Source: a virus. From it: a stretch of 64,000 nucleotides of DNA. Positions 18,980 to 32,200 of this stretch are shown in pieces. The stretch covers positions 18,149 through 82,148 of IMG/VR virus record IMGVR_UViG_3300032117_000015, one strand, 5' to 3'. A program made the translations under genes and the position numbers. The first letter of the stretch is position 1, and every line of letters starts with the position of its first letter. The notes below the pieces were generated by a model, which was not told where the DNA came from, ran no database searches, and saw only the letters and a program-made list of their open reading frames with translations.

Positions 18980-20314
18980 TTAGAAGGTTCCTAACGCTAC
19001 TCGTTTCCAAGTAGCACTACCGCCAACGCCACCCGCAGTACACACATACATGTAACTAGAATCCCACGCTATTTGTCCTGTTACGCCTGCCGCTGTGCTA
19101 GATGCTGGTGTTGCTGTACTAATTCTAAATGTACCATTTACATCTAGGGTTGCTTGAGGTCTATTTCCCGAATTAAATCCGTTAATTCCAACGTTTCCAG
19201 TGTTTGAACTTACAAAAATTGAAGAACTGTTAGTACTAACAGGCAATGATATTTCAAAATCTTGACTAGAAATATTTGATGCTATTTCTAGCAATGTGGA
19301 ACTTACTGTAACTTGTGATTGAGCAGAAGTTCCTAATATTAAAGGTGTTGCATTATTAATCGACAATGTCCCGCTAGTTGAGTTTTGGTAAGTGTCTGTA
19401 GATAAAAATTGTTCTGCAGATTTTAATGATCCATCTGCCGCTAGTAATTTACTAGACTGTGATGTTGGAACATTAAAATTAATACCTGCAAAAGTACTGA
19501 CATTAAATCCAATATTAATTGTTCCTTGAATCGATGTAATAGTAATCGGGCTAGCCGAACTACCAACAGTTTGGCTTGTACTTAGTGTATAGGTTCCAAG
19601 TTTTCCTTGTGCAACTCCTATTCCACCTGGGCCTGTACCAAATCCAGTAATAATTGCTTTTGAAGATATACCTGCTCCAGATACTGATTGCCCTATACTA
19701 ATAGTTCCAGATGTTACTGAAGTAACAGTCAATGTTGTTCCATTAGTGTATCCTGTAAAAACTGCTGTTGATGTAAATCCACTAATACTACTAGCAGGAA
19801 CAAATGATTCTTTTGCAAAAATTCCCATTAATGTATTTGCAATGTATAGCAAGACAATAGTATGAGAAACTCCGCTAACATCTAGTATGTCTTGTACAAC
19901 AAACCCAGACGGTGCTTGAGATTTAGTATAGATGGGACCAGCTAATGTTGTTTGTGTGCCATCGTTAAAAAATAACTGACTAGTAGCATTATTAATCCAG
20001 AACCCGCCAGTTGTTAATCCGCTCGGTGCAGTAGAAGCTACCAGTGTGTTTCCAGTAGGTGTAAATGTTGTGCCATTGTACACTTGCAAAAGATTTTGAC
20101 TAGTATCATACCATAATTGGCCTTTAATTGGATTATTTGGCTGTGTTGTATTTGCAAAATTTTCTAACAAATGCACAAAATTATCGTTGACATACAATCC
20201 GTAACCAGATGCATTTTGTCCAATTAAGGTCAAATCTGTTGCAGTTTGGTCTATTGTACCATTAGGAACTGCAACTAGTTTAGTTCCGTTTGTTAATAAG
20301 ATTGAATAGCTCAT
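18980..20314 (-). CDS. tail fibre protein
   Basis: Same N-terminal domain as its neighbours; C-terminal [23 protein letters not shown]...WKRVAL. Confidence 0.75.
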   Translation of the reverse strand: MSYSILLTNGTKLVAVPNGTIDQTATDLTLIGQNASGYGLYVNDNFVHLLENFANTTQPNNPIKGQLWYDTSQNLLQVYNGTTFTPTGNTLVASTAPSGLTTGGFWINNATSQLFFNDGTQTTLAGPIYTKSQAPSGFVVQDILDVSGVSHTIVLLYIANTLMGIFAKESFVPASSISGFTSTAVFTGYTNGTTLTVTSVTSGTISIGQSVSGAGISSKAIITGFGTGPGGIGVAQGKLGTYTLSTSQTVGSSASPITITSIQGTINIGFNVSTFAGINFNVPTSQSSKLLAADGSLKSAEQFLSTDTYQNSTSGTLSINNATPLILGTSAQSQVTVSSTLLEIASNISSQDFEISLPVSTNSSSIFVSSNTGNVGINGFNSGNRPQATLDVNGTFRISTATPASSTAAGVTGQIAWDSSYMYVCTAGGVGGSATWKRVALGTF

Positions 20315-22560
20315 GATAAATTAGCACCAGTAAAGATAATGTAGTTTAGAGTCAAGTAAGGATTCATAATGTTAATTGCTGATCCTAATGTTGAAGTATT
20401 GACTCCGCCAACTGATATACCTGTAACTTCTGTACTGGTATAATAGCGTGATTGGTCGCTATCTGTTGCACTAGAACCAGCGGAGCCATATGTATTTGGA
20501 ACAACATCAAACGGTACTCCACCTTCTGCATACGGATCAATGTGATGGTGGCCTGGGTCGGTAAGTTTGTGTGTATGATCTGGCAGATTAGATGTTTGCA
20601 ATGTTGCTGTTTGGTATCCTGCACCTCCGCCGACTGTATCGGCAGTAGTATCGCTAACACGCTGAGCCGCACCAATTTGTCCGCCAGTGTTGATAGAATG
20701 TCCAGACCCGTCTGTTGCTTGAGTAAACCCAGTCACATCTGTAAGGTTATTCATATTATCTCGACCTAACGGGAATCTTCCGCGCATGTCTGGTAATACA
20801 AAAGTTCCTACACCTTGTGGTATACCATATGTATTACCAATAACTTTAAATAAACTTTGATAAGTCGACTGACTAACTTCTGATCCGTCACATAATAACC
20901 AACCATTAGGTATAGCTCGAATATTTGGAATTCCTGCAAAAGGTAAAATTACGCCAATTGGAACTCCGTATCCACTAGTTTTTAATGTTGAATCTATTTG
21001 TAGCAATACTGCTTTAGACATACTAACTAAAGAACCGCTAGAACCACTTCCGCTCGATTGATATACAAGGAATTGATCGGATGTATTAGATACTAAAGAA
21101 GTTGTTTGTGAGTTAATAACTGTTGGGCTTAATTGTGTATTCAACACAGCATAGCCTGTTGCACTTTGTCCGTTGAATCCAGTTCCGCCGTCTGAAGACA
21201 CAACATCGCCTGCTAGCTTAAATGTAATTAATTGATTAAGACTGTTTGCTGTTCCAGATACACTACCAGTAACTGTTCCTGTAAAGTTACCAGTAAAACT
21301 TCCTACAAAAGACTGTGCAAAAATATTTCTGAAAGGATGTGTTTGAGATCCGATATCGTATTGTGGAGTTGCGTTAGTTAATGCTGGAGGTAAAATAATA
21401 GAACCAGTTGGAGCAGATGAACTAATTTGAAGGACTCCGCCTAAGTTTAAATTATTATTAATTGTTGTTGCTAGTGAAGTAGTTACTCCGCTAGAGTTAT
21501 TAACAGAAAATACAGTAGTTTGTGGAGAACCACCATCTGTTACTGCTAATCCGCCAGCTGTTCCAACTACTCCTGACGTAATTGAACCCGATACTGTTGT
21601 AGGTGCACCTACTGAAACTTTTCCAGATACATCTAAATGAAGTAAATTAGAACCGTTTAATAAGAAATCTATATTATTTGTGCTACTTTTGCTATTGAAT
21701 AAAAATGTATTTGTACCTTGACCGATTGTCAAACTTAAATCACTACCGATACTAATACCACTTGTATTTCTAACATTAAATCCGTTATTGGTTGTACTGA
21801 CTACGTCTGAACGTAGAAAGTTACTACCTGAAACTACTGTTTGAGTCGATCCAGATCCAACGACTAAAGAATTAGATTGCTGTGCAGTACCCCAAATATA
21901 TGTAGTACCTTGATCGATTGAATTTGAATATAAATTTATACCAGCATTGATTGTTGAAAATCCGTTAATTGCAGATTTTGGTGTAAATGAATCAATGCTT
22001 ATAATTGCTACTCTGTATGCGGCGCTGTTTGAACTGCTAGATGCATACATTGAAATTACGCTATGTGTTACGTTAGCAGTATCAACAATAGATTCCACTA
22101 AAGGACCAGTTGAAAGACCCGAACTAAACTGAGGTCCAATCAATAACCATGTTGTTCCTGAGAACAAATACAACTGACTATTATCAGTATCTACCCATAA
22201 ATCGCCCGGATTACTATTAGATACATCAGGAACACCACCTGTTGTAGTTAAGGTCGATTTTCCTTCACGCTTAATTGATCCTGCTTCAGGCCAATTACCC
22301 GATCCATCATAAACTCTTAGGATATTATTTCCAGATGATGTATCATACCATAGTTGACCTTGCACTGGATTATTTGGAGCTGAAGAATTTGCAAAATTTT
22401 CTAACAAATGCAACATGTTTCCTGCAATCAGTGAAGCATATCCTGCATAAGTTTGCCCAGGAAATGATAAACTAGTTTGTTGATTAACTGTACCATCAGC
22501 AACCGTAATGGCCGGTTTTGCAGGATTAGTCGAATCTGTGTATGCAACAGAATAAGTCAT
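20311..22560 (-). CDS. tail fibre protein with phage tail collar domain
   Basis: [10 protein letters not shown]...[13 protein letters not shown]...[13 protein letters not shown]...[13 protein letters not shown]; ends in [10 protein letters not shown]. Confidence 0.85.
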   Translation of the reverse strand: MTYSVAYTDSTNPAKPAITVADGTVNQQTSLSFPGQTYAGYASLIAGNMLHLLENFANSSAPNNPVQGQLWYDTSSGNNILRVYDGSGNWPEAGSIKREGKSTLTTTGGVPDVSNSNPGDLWVDTDNSQLYLFSGTTWLLIGPQFSSGLSTGPLVESIVDTANVTHSVISMYASSSSNSAAYRVAIISIDSFTPKSAINGFSTINAGINLYSNSIDQGTTYIWGTAQQSNSLVVGSGSTQTVVSGSNFLRSDVVSTTNNGFNVRNTSGISIGSDLSLTIGQGTNTFLFNSKSSTNNIDFLLNGSNLLHLDVSGKVSVGAPTTVSGSITSGVVGTAGGLAVTDGGSPQTTVFSVNNSSGVTTSLATTINNNLNLGGVLQISSSAPTGSIILPPALTNATPQYDIGSQTHPFRNIFAQSFVGSFTGNFTGTVTGSVSGTANSLNQLITFKLAGDVVSSDGGTGFNGQSATGYAVLNTQLSPTVINSQTTSLVSNTSDQFLVYQSSGSGSSGSLVSMSKAVLLQIDSTLKTSGYGVPIGVILPFAGIPNIRAIPNGWLLCDGSEVSQSTYQSLFKVIGNTYGIPQGVGTFVLPDMRGRFPLGRDNMNNLTDVTGFTQATDGSGHSINTGGQIGAAQRVSDTTADTVGGGAGYQTATLQTSNLPDHTHKLTDPGHHHIDPYAEGGVPFDVVPNTYGSAGSSATDSDQSRYYTSTEVTGISVGGVNTSTLGSAINIMNPYLTLNYIIFTGANLS

Positions 22561-22563
22561 TTA

Positions 22564-23175
22564 TTAAACTCCTACCAAGCCAGTTAAACTTTGAATACGA
22601 ACTGTATAATCAATTTGTATAAGTCTGTTTAAACTTTTTAATACTGGGTGAAAAATTACATGTGTTAGTAGTAAACTTTCACCACTTTTACTGTAACTTT
22701 GTAATCCTAATTCATCAAATACATAAGTTTGTTCGCTGTTAACTGATGTATCGTAAGCAGTTTGTCCGCTAGGCTCGCCGTAGTCTAACAAGCAGGTGCA
22801 GAAAATATCGGTATAATTTGTACCAGTTACGTGCCTAATTTCAGTAAAATTACGTGTTGGGTCAATATTAGTTGATGCATTCGGGTCAATAACTTTAGCG
22901 TATGTTTGATTATACAAACTTGCATTTGTACCGCTAGTATTTGGCGTAAGATATGTAATAATCCCTGTAGGATCTACACTTGTTCCACCGTTACCAAAAG
23001 CCATATTGTAAATAAATCCGCCATCTGTGCTGTTTGACAATGATTTAGCTAAGGCTACACTGATATTTTCGTAATGAATTGCATTACGTTTGTTAATAAA
23101 AGTTTCCTTAGAAACAGGGTCATATATATGAATATGACCTTCGATATGAATTCCAGTTACGTCTTTAGTTTGCAT
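22564..23175 (-). CDS. virion structural protein (tail or baseplate associated)
   Basis: Late promoter upstream, FDELGL...HVIFHPVLKS motif, and gene context. Confidence 0.65.
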   Translation of the reverse strand: MQTKDVTGIHIEGHIHIYDPVSKETFINKRNAIHYENISVALAKSLSNSTDGGFIYNMAFGNGGTSVDPTGIITYLTPNTSGTNASLYNQTYAKVIDPNASTNIDPTRNFTEIRHVTGTNYTDIFCTCLLDYGEPSGQTAYDTSVNSEQTYVFDELGLQSYSKSGESLLLTHVIFHPVLKSLNRLIQIDYTVRIQSLTGLVGV

Positions 23176-23195
23176 ACTAATCTCTCTTTATCTTA

Positions 23196-23203
23196 TATTT
23201 ATC
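23196..23203 (-). promoter_or_regulatory. late promoter GATAAATA
   Basis: Intergenic motif. Confidence 0.65.
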
Positions 23204-23223
23204 AACAGCTTTAAACTGCTAGT

Positions 23224-26200
23224 TTAACTTTTAAATCCTGTGTACCATACACCCGGAGCGGCTTTAATGAAGTTAGCAACTGTGCTTGAATCGTAAATTA
23301 CACTAACATCTCCGGTATACTGCTTACCGTCCCATGGGATTCCAGTCTTTTTAACTACTGTTACTTCGGTTCCAAATAATGGAGCATTGGCTAAAGTAAT
23401 TGTACTTGTATTGTTTACAGTGAAATCTGCTGGGTAACTTACATCACCTGCTGGGCTGTATGGAGCTTTGTTAATATCAAATACGCTATAAGCTGATTTT
23501 TTCAAACGAACCATATCGTTTTGACCGCCAACAAACACTTCAACTTGGTCCGCAGAGCTAATTGTGTATCCGACATTTACAGAAGTTGTACCTAGTGAAG
23601 TAATTTTCTTAGTTAAGATTGTATCATTGTATGGAATAGTTTCACTTGGTCCAATTCCTTGTACAATCGTACCAGCTTTGTTTAAATTGTATACGCCGGT
23701 ACCTAGCGTTCCTCTACGTAATTGTCCAAGAATATTCCCTGAAATAGTAAAATATTCAATTCTTTCTCCGCGAATTTCAACAATACCCGGTTTATTTCCT
23801 GCAGGGTTTGGCGCATCTAACTGTGAAGCGTCGGTGACAACGATTGTAGTGTCATTCCAATTCAAATCTTGTGCAAGTTTTACTTGTTTATTAAGATTCA
23901 ATCGTTTGTAACTTACACGATTTAGCATATCTTTAAATTGCATATAAGATATACTAGATGTTGAAAGTAAATTACTTCCAAATGTGATTAATGTGATTGT
24001 ATCACCAGCCACTAACTTAATTCCTAATGTGATACTTTGTAAATCACTATTTAGAACATAATCGATGCTAGACGTTAATAATGTTGTATTTTTAATTACC
24101 CATACATAGTTGCTGTCAATAACTGCACGATCTAAATTAATAATACCACCAGCAATATTTTTATAAGTGTAGAACTGTGTTGTTCCTGGTGTAATTGAAT
24201 AATTAGAACTGTATTGAACTGTAGTACGTTGAATGTCTAATACATCTTGCACATATGAACTAATTACTTCAACTGTACCTGTTGGAACTGTTGTAAATGT
24301 AATTTGTCCAGAACTTGCATTGTATGAATATCCATTATTGGTAACAATACTTACAATTAATTGCTGTCCTGAATATTGTGAATAAATGTTTCTGTTAATT
24401 TTAACATTGATGCCGCTTGGATCAACAGTATAATCCGATGCTGGATTTAAAAGATTATTGCCAGCATAAACTACAACATTTCCAACAGGAACTGAATTAG
24501 GAGTAGCTTTAGACGGATCTATTGAATAATTTAATCTATTACCTTTAATAGTAAAATAACTATTATTAGGAGCTTGTAAAATACTTTGTCCAACACGTAC
24601 AATCATATTACTTTCATTTGGTAAATTATTTCCAATTGGATATGATAGTGTGTAAGTCGAAGTGTTTGCAATTGGTGCAATCGTTTGTGTCGTAGTAACT
24701 GCAAATGTTTGTTGCAATCCAGAAACAATAATATAATTAATCAATGCTCCAACTGCAGGTGCTGTTGCAAACTGAATACCAGTTTGACCTTCAATACTAT
24801 ATGTTGAGTCTGTTTTAAATAAAACTACTTGTGTTGCAACACCATTTACATAAACTAAACTTGTTGCGCTGTTTGTCCAACTTGCTCTTGTTACAAAATC
24901 AACAGTTGTACCGTCGCCTATAAAATAGTCAATGTCTAAAACATTAGATCCACTAAAACCAATACTATAGATGCTTAATAATTGGTTGGCAGTTGGCGCT
25001 GTTGCAACTAGCTGATTATTAACTGTTGATACTAATTCAATTGTTGCAGTTTGGTAATTAACAACATAATCTGAATTATATGTTAAAATGTTTGAACCAA
25101 GTTTGACTATTATTGCACGTGGATTATTTGGAGTTTGGCCAATTGCATAAGTGTAAGTAGTATCATCAGTTAGATAACTAATATCTTTAATATTTGCAGA
25201 TCCACTGTTAGTTTGGTCGTATACCTTAATAGCTAGTGTATCGACGACTTGTCCTGGTACTACTTCTTCAGGAGCAGGACTGTTTGTAGGAGTAATTAAT
25301 CCATCTCCATCTAATACAATATCATCAGCCGCAATACCTGTTGCAGTTGTATATGCTAGGTTACCACCATCGAGTTTAGTATCATAATTTGCATCCGGTG
25401 TTGGTACTGAACCATCACTTGTGCTTTCTCTTAAAATAAATTGATCGCCTGCACCAACTACAAAAGATGCTGGAATTTCAATAGTGTTGCTAACTAATTG
25501 GTCAATAATCATGCCATCTAAGGTACTTACTGGTGTACTAGAAGCCGATCCACCGTCATCAACTGCACCAAATGAAACTGTTATCAATGCTCCGCCGCCA
25601 CCTACTGATGTAGTAGTTAAGGTATTTCCAATTACAGGAGTTGGAATAATTGCGTTAGCATTAGTTTGACTCATTGTTCCAAAGTTAGGATCATCTAAAC
25701 GAATTGGATTATATGTTCCTGTAACATTAATTAATGATCCAGATGCATAAGGTGTGCTTAGAGAAATAGATCCTGGCACTATAACTACATCTTTCAATTC
25801 GGTTAGATTTTCTGTAAATGTAATTTGTGTTGAATTTACAATGTTTAATAGCAGTACTTGATCCAATGTAACTGTGTTATGTGTTGTATCGATTGCTGTA
25901 ATCTTAGTATCGTAACTAAAAGCCGATGCTGTCGCCGCAGTACCTGTACCTGTTCCTGGACCAGTAGCAATAAATGTTATCCCGGCTTCGTTTGATAATG
26001 CACCAATCAGCGTGAAATCAGTTGTGCCAATACTACTAATAGTATAAGTAACTCCTGTTGTAAATGCGCCAGCTGGTACTAAAGAATTAGAAACAACTGT
26101 TCCGACTTTTAAATTTGAAACACTATTCAATGTTAAAATATATCCGCCTGCAATATTTGAAAATGTAATTGTTTTGCCGTTTGCAGGTATTGAAGTGAAT

Positions 26201-29200
26201 GTAATTGTTTCGCCGTTTGCAGGAGTAGCATCGGGTATTGCACTAATAATTAAAGTAGTTTTGTCGACTACCTTAACAACGGTTTGCCCAGAAGTAAATC
26301 CTGTTCCGCTAATTAACATTCCAGGTATAATCTTAGCAGTACTAGAAATTACAAGTGTTGTTGTTGCACTACCTGAAGAATTATAAGAACGATAATACGA
26401 TAAATTATCTGGAATTGAATCAATAATTATCGATGTTGAATTAACGATTCGAACAACTTGCTGACGGTTTAAGAAGCCTTGTCCGTATAATTTCATTCCA
26501 GGAACAATACCTAATGTGCTACCTACATTAACTGTAAATCCGGAACTATTTAAAGATGTATATGTAGTTGTTACTCCTGCTGTAAGTGCAGTTGTTGTAA
26601 CTGTAACTGTTGGCGAAATTAAGTTTTGATCAAAACTGTATGTAACTGTTGAGCCGTCACTAGTGAAAGAGAACGTTTTTTGTTTTACATAATAAATGTT
26701 AATATTTGTACCGGCCGCAGGAGTATAAGGCAATGTAAACACATGGGTGTTTGCCGCAACTTGGACAGCATAATCGTTAAACGTTGGATCTCTACTATCC
26801 CAAGTATCTGTCATATATGGAGTTGATCCCCAGCCGCCAGCAATATTAAAATCTAGTCCGCTAACAATAGTTCCACCGTAGTCAACACCTGTCATTAACT
26901 GTGACAAATCCTTACCAAGTTGACCTGTTGTTGGATTATAATAATATTGAATACGATCTGTTGCACCCATAATCGATACATCTTTACTGTATGTAACAAC
27001 TATAGTAGAACCAGTTGATGGCGCATCTGTGAATGTTATTGTTCCAGAATACTGGGTGTATCCATTTGATGTTGATTTTACAATCGCCATCTTATATAAT
27101 TCTCGAAGTACTGGAATTCCGTCAATAGTAACCGTTGATTCACCTACTCTTACATCAGGCGCCCAAGTTAGGGCAAACTGCACTTTAGAAGAAGAACCAG
27201 TAAATGTATCTGTTTGTTTAATATTACTAATGTAGTATCCAGAATTAATACGGTCGAATTTTAATGCTGTTAAGTTTGAACGAATTATTCCGTCACCAAT
27301 AATCGCAACGGCTGTTGCCGGAACTCCGTTATCACCAAGCCCGCCATTAAATGCAATCGTCGGAGCACTTAAATATCCGCTTCCATTTTTATTTGTTAAA
27401 ATCACAACACGATTTACTTTTCCATTAGCAATATATGCCACAGCTTCGGCTGTAATTCCGTTAATACCGGTCGGAGTCGAAATAATAACTTCTGGAATAT
27501 TTGCATATCCGCTTCCGCCATTAGTGATAATAATATCTGTTACACTAAATCCTAGATTATCTGTCCAGAATTTCCATGGATAAGTTTGTAATAATCCGCT
27601 AGTCGATTCTAGTTGATTGTTAGCAACTATTACATCGATTGCAGTTGAGGTTCCATTAACAAACGTTGGTTGTAAATCAAAGTCGGTAACCGCACTTTCA
27701 TTAGTATCTAGTCCGGTATAGTTACTGATATATTCTCTAACTTTTGTTCTATAAGGTTTAACTTCTGCAACATAATCTTGGAAATTGTTTAAATTATCAA
27801 CTGGGTAATTAACTGGTTGATTTAAAGTTCCTACAGTATGAGTAGCTCTTACAAAACTTGTTTTGAATATCCAATCAATAAATGGTTGCTCGCTGTGTGC
27901 AAAACGTACACTAGTAAAGAACAAATCTAAATAATTTTGTTTTAAATCATCTATCAATAAATTATTTTTAATTGTATTAAGAATAATTCGTAATTCTGCA
28001 CTAGCTTGTACATCAAAGTCTCCGCCGTCAAATGTGTTAGAATCATACCCTACATTTGTTCCACTAAATTCATAAAGTGAAGAATTAAACTGTATTGTTC
28101 CGTTTTGAATTCCAATTACATTATAACTTTGTGTCCAATCGATACTTGTACTATTAGCATATTTTTCTAATAGTAACCAGCCTCCTGCATTAACTGTTGC
28201 AATCTTAACAACTTGTCCAATAGTAGGGTATATTGTATTCAAATCTGCAAAAGTCGATACTAGATAATCTGCGGCGGTATATTGATTATATCCTGTTGCA
28301 AACCAATCAGCATAACTCCAATAGTTATTAACATTATATGATTGAGTTAGTGTCTTAGACCATGTAGCAGTAGTATTATCGTAAGCATAGATACTCCAAG
28401 CACCAAGCGATGTGCTATCGGACTTAATCAATGCAGAGTAACCTCTCACAGTTGCAGTTGTACTGCTATTATATCCGACACCACTGTTAATAATATTTGC
28501 TCCAGTGATTTCTCCTAGAGCATTAATAGTTGCTCGAACTATGGCGGCTTCGCCCGAACCCGATATTTCAATATAAGGTGCAACAGCATACCCTCTTCCT
28601 GCGCTAATAACATTTATTCCAGTAATTCTACCGTTTGTTATAATCGGTGTTAATGAAGGTGTGCTGAAAGATCCTACGTTAGCAAATCTTAATTCAGTAT
28701 CTGTATCAAAAGATTTATCCCATAATCCAGAAATTTCTGTTGGAGCAGGATCAAATGTTTCTAATGGAGAAATGTCTCTCGAATTAGTAGTTTGATACGT
28801 ACTTAAAACAATGTTAACTCTTTCGATAAACTCTTTTAATGCTTCGATACGATTTACAAACATCGACTGGCGAGGACGATTTTCAATTCCATATCTTAAT
28901 TTTACAGGCAATGTTGGATCTGGTACTGGGCGACCTCCTGTATCAATTCCGCATAGACTATCGAACCATTTTTGTTCTATACCAGAAGGTAAATCAACTG
29001 CCGGATCATTACTAATTAGCTTCCACTGACTGTGAATATTTTGGTCGTTTTTATCTATTAACCAGTATTCAATTGCTAACACAATATCTGTTGCATTTAG
29101 ATATTGTGATGCATTTATTAAACTAAAACTGTTGGTGCCAGTTAATGCAAGGCAAGTATAATCTTGACCTCGAGGATTTGCAATTAAACTTGCAACATCA

Positions 29201-32200
29201 TTTGCGGCCATATTTCTTCCATCGACATTAGGAATAATTTTTTTATTCTTAACCCAGAAATAATATGTATTTTTAAATGTTTTACTTACGTTGTCATATA
29301 CTTGTGTTAAACTGTATGCAGAATTTCCGTATAAACTAGTTCCGCTAATACCCAATGCTAGTCCTGTTGATGTATCTGCAAGACTATCCCATACTGCTGG
29401 TAATTGGCTGTAAGATACCCATTCATACACATCGATACTTGCACCAGACGCTAACGTATTCCAAGTGTTTGTTCCGTAAAGAGGATCGTCAAAATAATTA
29501 TTAAGGAATTTAGCAGTTCTTAGATCCCACCACAATCTTCCTAAAGGTTGATCAGACCACCATCCTTCTATTCCATTTGACGGCGCAACGTTGACAGTTA
29601 CAGTTCCATCGCTATAAGAATAAGTTGCCGGATCGTAGAATGTTTGATACTTAATTTCTTCCTGAGCGGGTCCTGCTATTTTTCCTTGCAATGGATCGAT
29701 AACGTCTAGATAAGTTACCAATGTTCCTAAAGATTTATTATATAAAAATGCTTTACGAATCTTCGAAACATCAGGAATATCGACTTGCTGACGAGTAATA
29801 GTCCATGTAAGGTTATTGTTTAATTTAGTATAAGCATAAACTTGTCCAGATTGTGTTCCTTGATTAAATGCAGTTGGTGCTCCAACTACAACCTGATTAC
29901 TACCAACTGCAAAACCGATGCCATAACCGTCACCGACTGAATTTGAAGTTTTTAAACTTTCGCTAAAGACCCAATTAATATTGTATCTATCATAAACATC
30001 TACTCGTCCGCTACTGACTATTTTAGTAATAAAATCTGTAGATTTTTTATCAAATGTTGTTAAATTTTCATCAAATGTTGTAGTTACAGTTGTGTCTCCA
30101 TTAGGACTATAAACAACAATAGTTTGATAATCATTCATAAACTCTATCTTGTTTCCAAATAGAGCATCAACTTCTGGATTAGCATTAACTAAAGTCTGTG
30201 TCAATGTATAACCGTTAGAACTATAACCGTAAACATTAACAATTCCTTGTTTTGGTTTAGTTGGTGTTCCTTGTGTATCATCAGATATTGCAATATAATC
30301 ACCATATGAAGATACTGCAATACTATTGCCAAATCTTGAATCAGAACCTGTTAACACTTGAGAGGTTACAAATCCAGCTCCAGCATCTTTGTAGACATTA
30401 ACTTTTCCAGAAGATGAAATTAATAAAGTACTAGAATCTAAACTTAGTTTAGTATATTGACCAAAGTTTGTAGTGTTAGATGAATCAATTGTTGAATCAT
30501 ATGCCCAAGTGTTGATAATAAATTGTAATTGTCCGCTTGGTAAACTATTTTTATCAACGGGAGAATCTAACAAGATTGTATTTAATTTAATAACTGACGA
30601 TACACCAAAAGTTAAATTAACATTATTATCGATTACAACTTGCGTTATAGATGCATCAATGTCTTGCGGAGATCCGATAATAAAATAGCTCAATACTGTT
30701 TGCATTCCATTTACTAGAACAATTTCAGTTCCTTGACTTACTATTTTTGTATTTGGAAGAATATTTGTTCCAGTAACTGTCATACTATCTAACACATTAA
30801 CTGTGCTGAATACCACATTCACTAAACTATTTGCATTGACTAAAATTAATTTAGTTAGCACATAATCGACCGTTTGATTGCTAGTGTATCCGCTACCAGT
30901 TACAATCATTCCAGCACGTATTCCGCTAGTTGAATTTACTACTAGTGTGTTCAAAGAACTTCCAACAGGATTGTATTGAGTAGTAGCCATTACTATAGTT
31001 TTGTAACTTAGTTTATAAACACGGCCTGTACCGTTATTATAACCTGTTGCACCTACATATAATGTATTGTTACCAAAGGTAATACTTGATCCAAAATTTT
31101 CACCTGTAGTGGGATTTGGACTAATAATTGTATCTACAAGATTATAATTATTATCTAAATCTTTCTGATAGATACTAATTGCACCTTGCCCTACTATTGT
31201 TGAATTTATTCCAGAAATTTCGTTTGCTGGAATATAAGGAATTATTTGCCATGCTAGTGTAGTAGATGATGGTGTTGTTCCCGATGTAGTTTGCAATGCT
31301 TCGTAGTATACATTGTTGTATGAAACAATATTTCCAGAAACATAAGTATTTCCGCTGTTATAAGCACCTACATAATTTGTTGCTACTCTACTCACAGCTG
31401 GGTGCCCAGTAGCTAACCATTCTCCGTTTGTACTTATTCCAATTACAGTAGCAATTTGTGTAGGTTTTACATATAACGATGGTTGTCCTGGGATATGCTG
31501 TGTAATAAATGGTTGATCTAAGGTAGAACGTTGTACCCAAGGAACTAAAATTCCAGCCTTATCAAATGTAGTTACAACTCCTGTAGACCCGCTAGTAATT
31601 GCTAAGATAGATCCTTGGCTATTCATTCCAATAGTCGAACCAAATTGGAAAGATGTTGTTGGAGTTTGATTTGGTATACTTGATAAGTTGTATACAGGAG
31701 AATATTCCCATGTTGCCCAGTTACCAGTACCGTCATCATCTGTCCATACTAATTCTCCTGGAGCAATATGGCTAACCGGAATTTGATCTAAATTATCTAT
31801 AGAGCTTGTTCGACGTGTGACTAGCGCATATATCACTAGTTGGTTAGCTTCTGTAAAAGATACTGGGAAATTTTGAATACTTGCATTAACTGTAAAAGTA
31901 TTCAAAGAAACACTAGTAACTTCATAGAATCCTTGAAGCATAGCAACTTCAGCCAATCCAATGTATTGTCCTACAACAAGTGGGTCAATATTTTGTGTTG
32001 TGATTGTTAATACCCCGTTAGTGTACGTTACACTAGATGCACGTATTTGCAAATCAGAAAAACGATAGATATTCCAACTTGCTCCTTCAAACGCTGTCCA
32101 TACATATTGACCGTTATTTAAACTACCAATGTCTTGTGTAACAATATCAGAAAGTTGTCCAATACTAATTGCTACATCTGCAGAATTTACATATCCTGCA

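Noticed and set aside
15348-22560. Diversity-generating retroelement acting on the fibre genes
   Set aside because: There is no reverse transcriptase in the window, and I saw no template/variable repeat pair differing at adenines.
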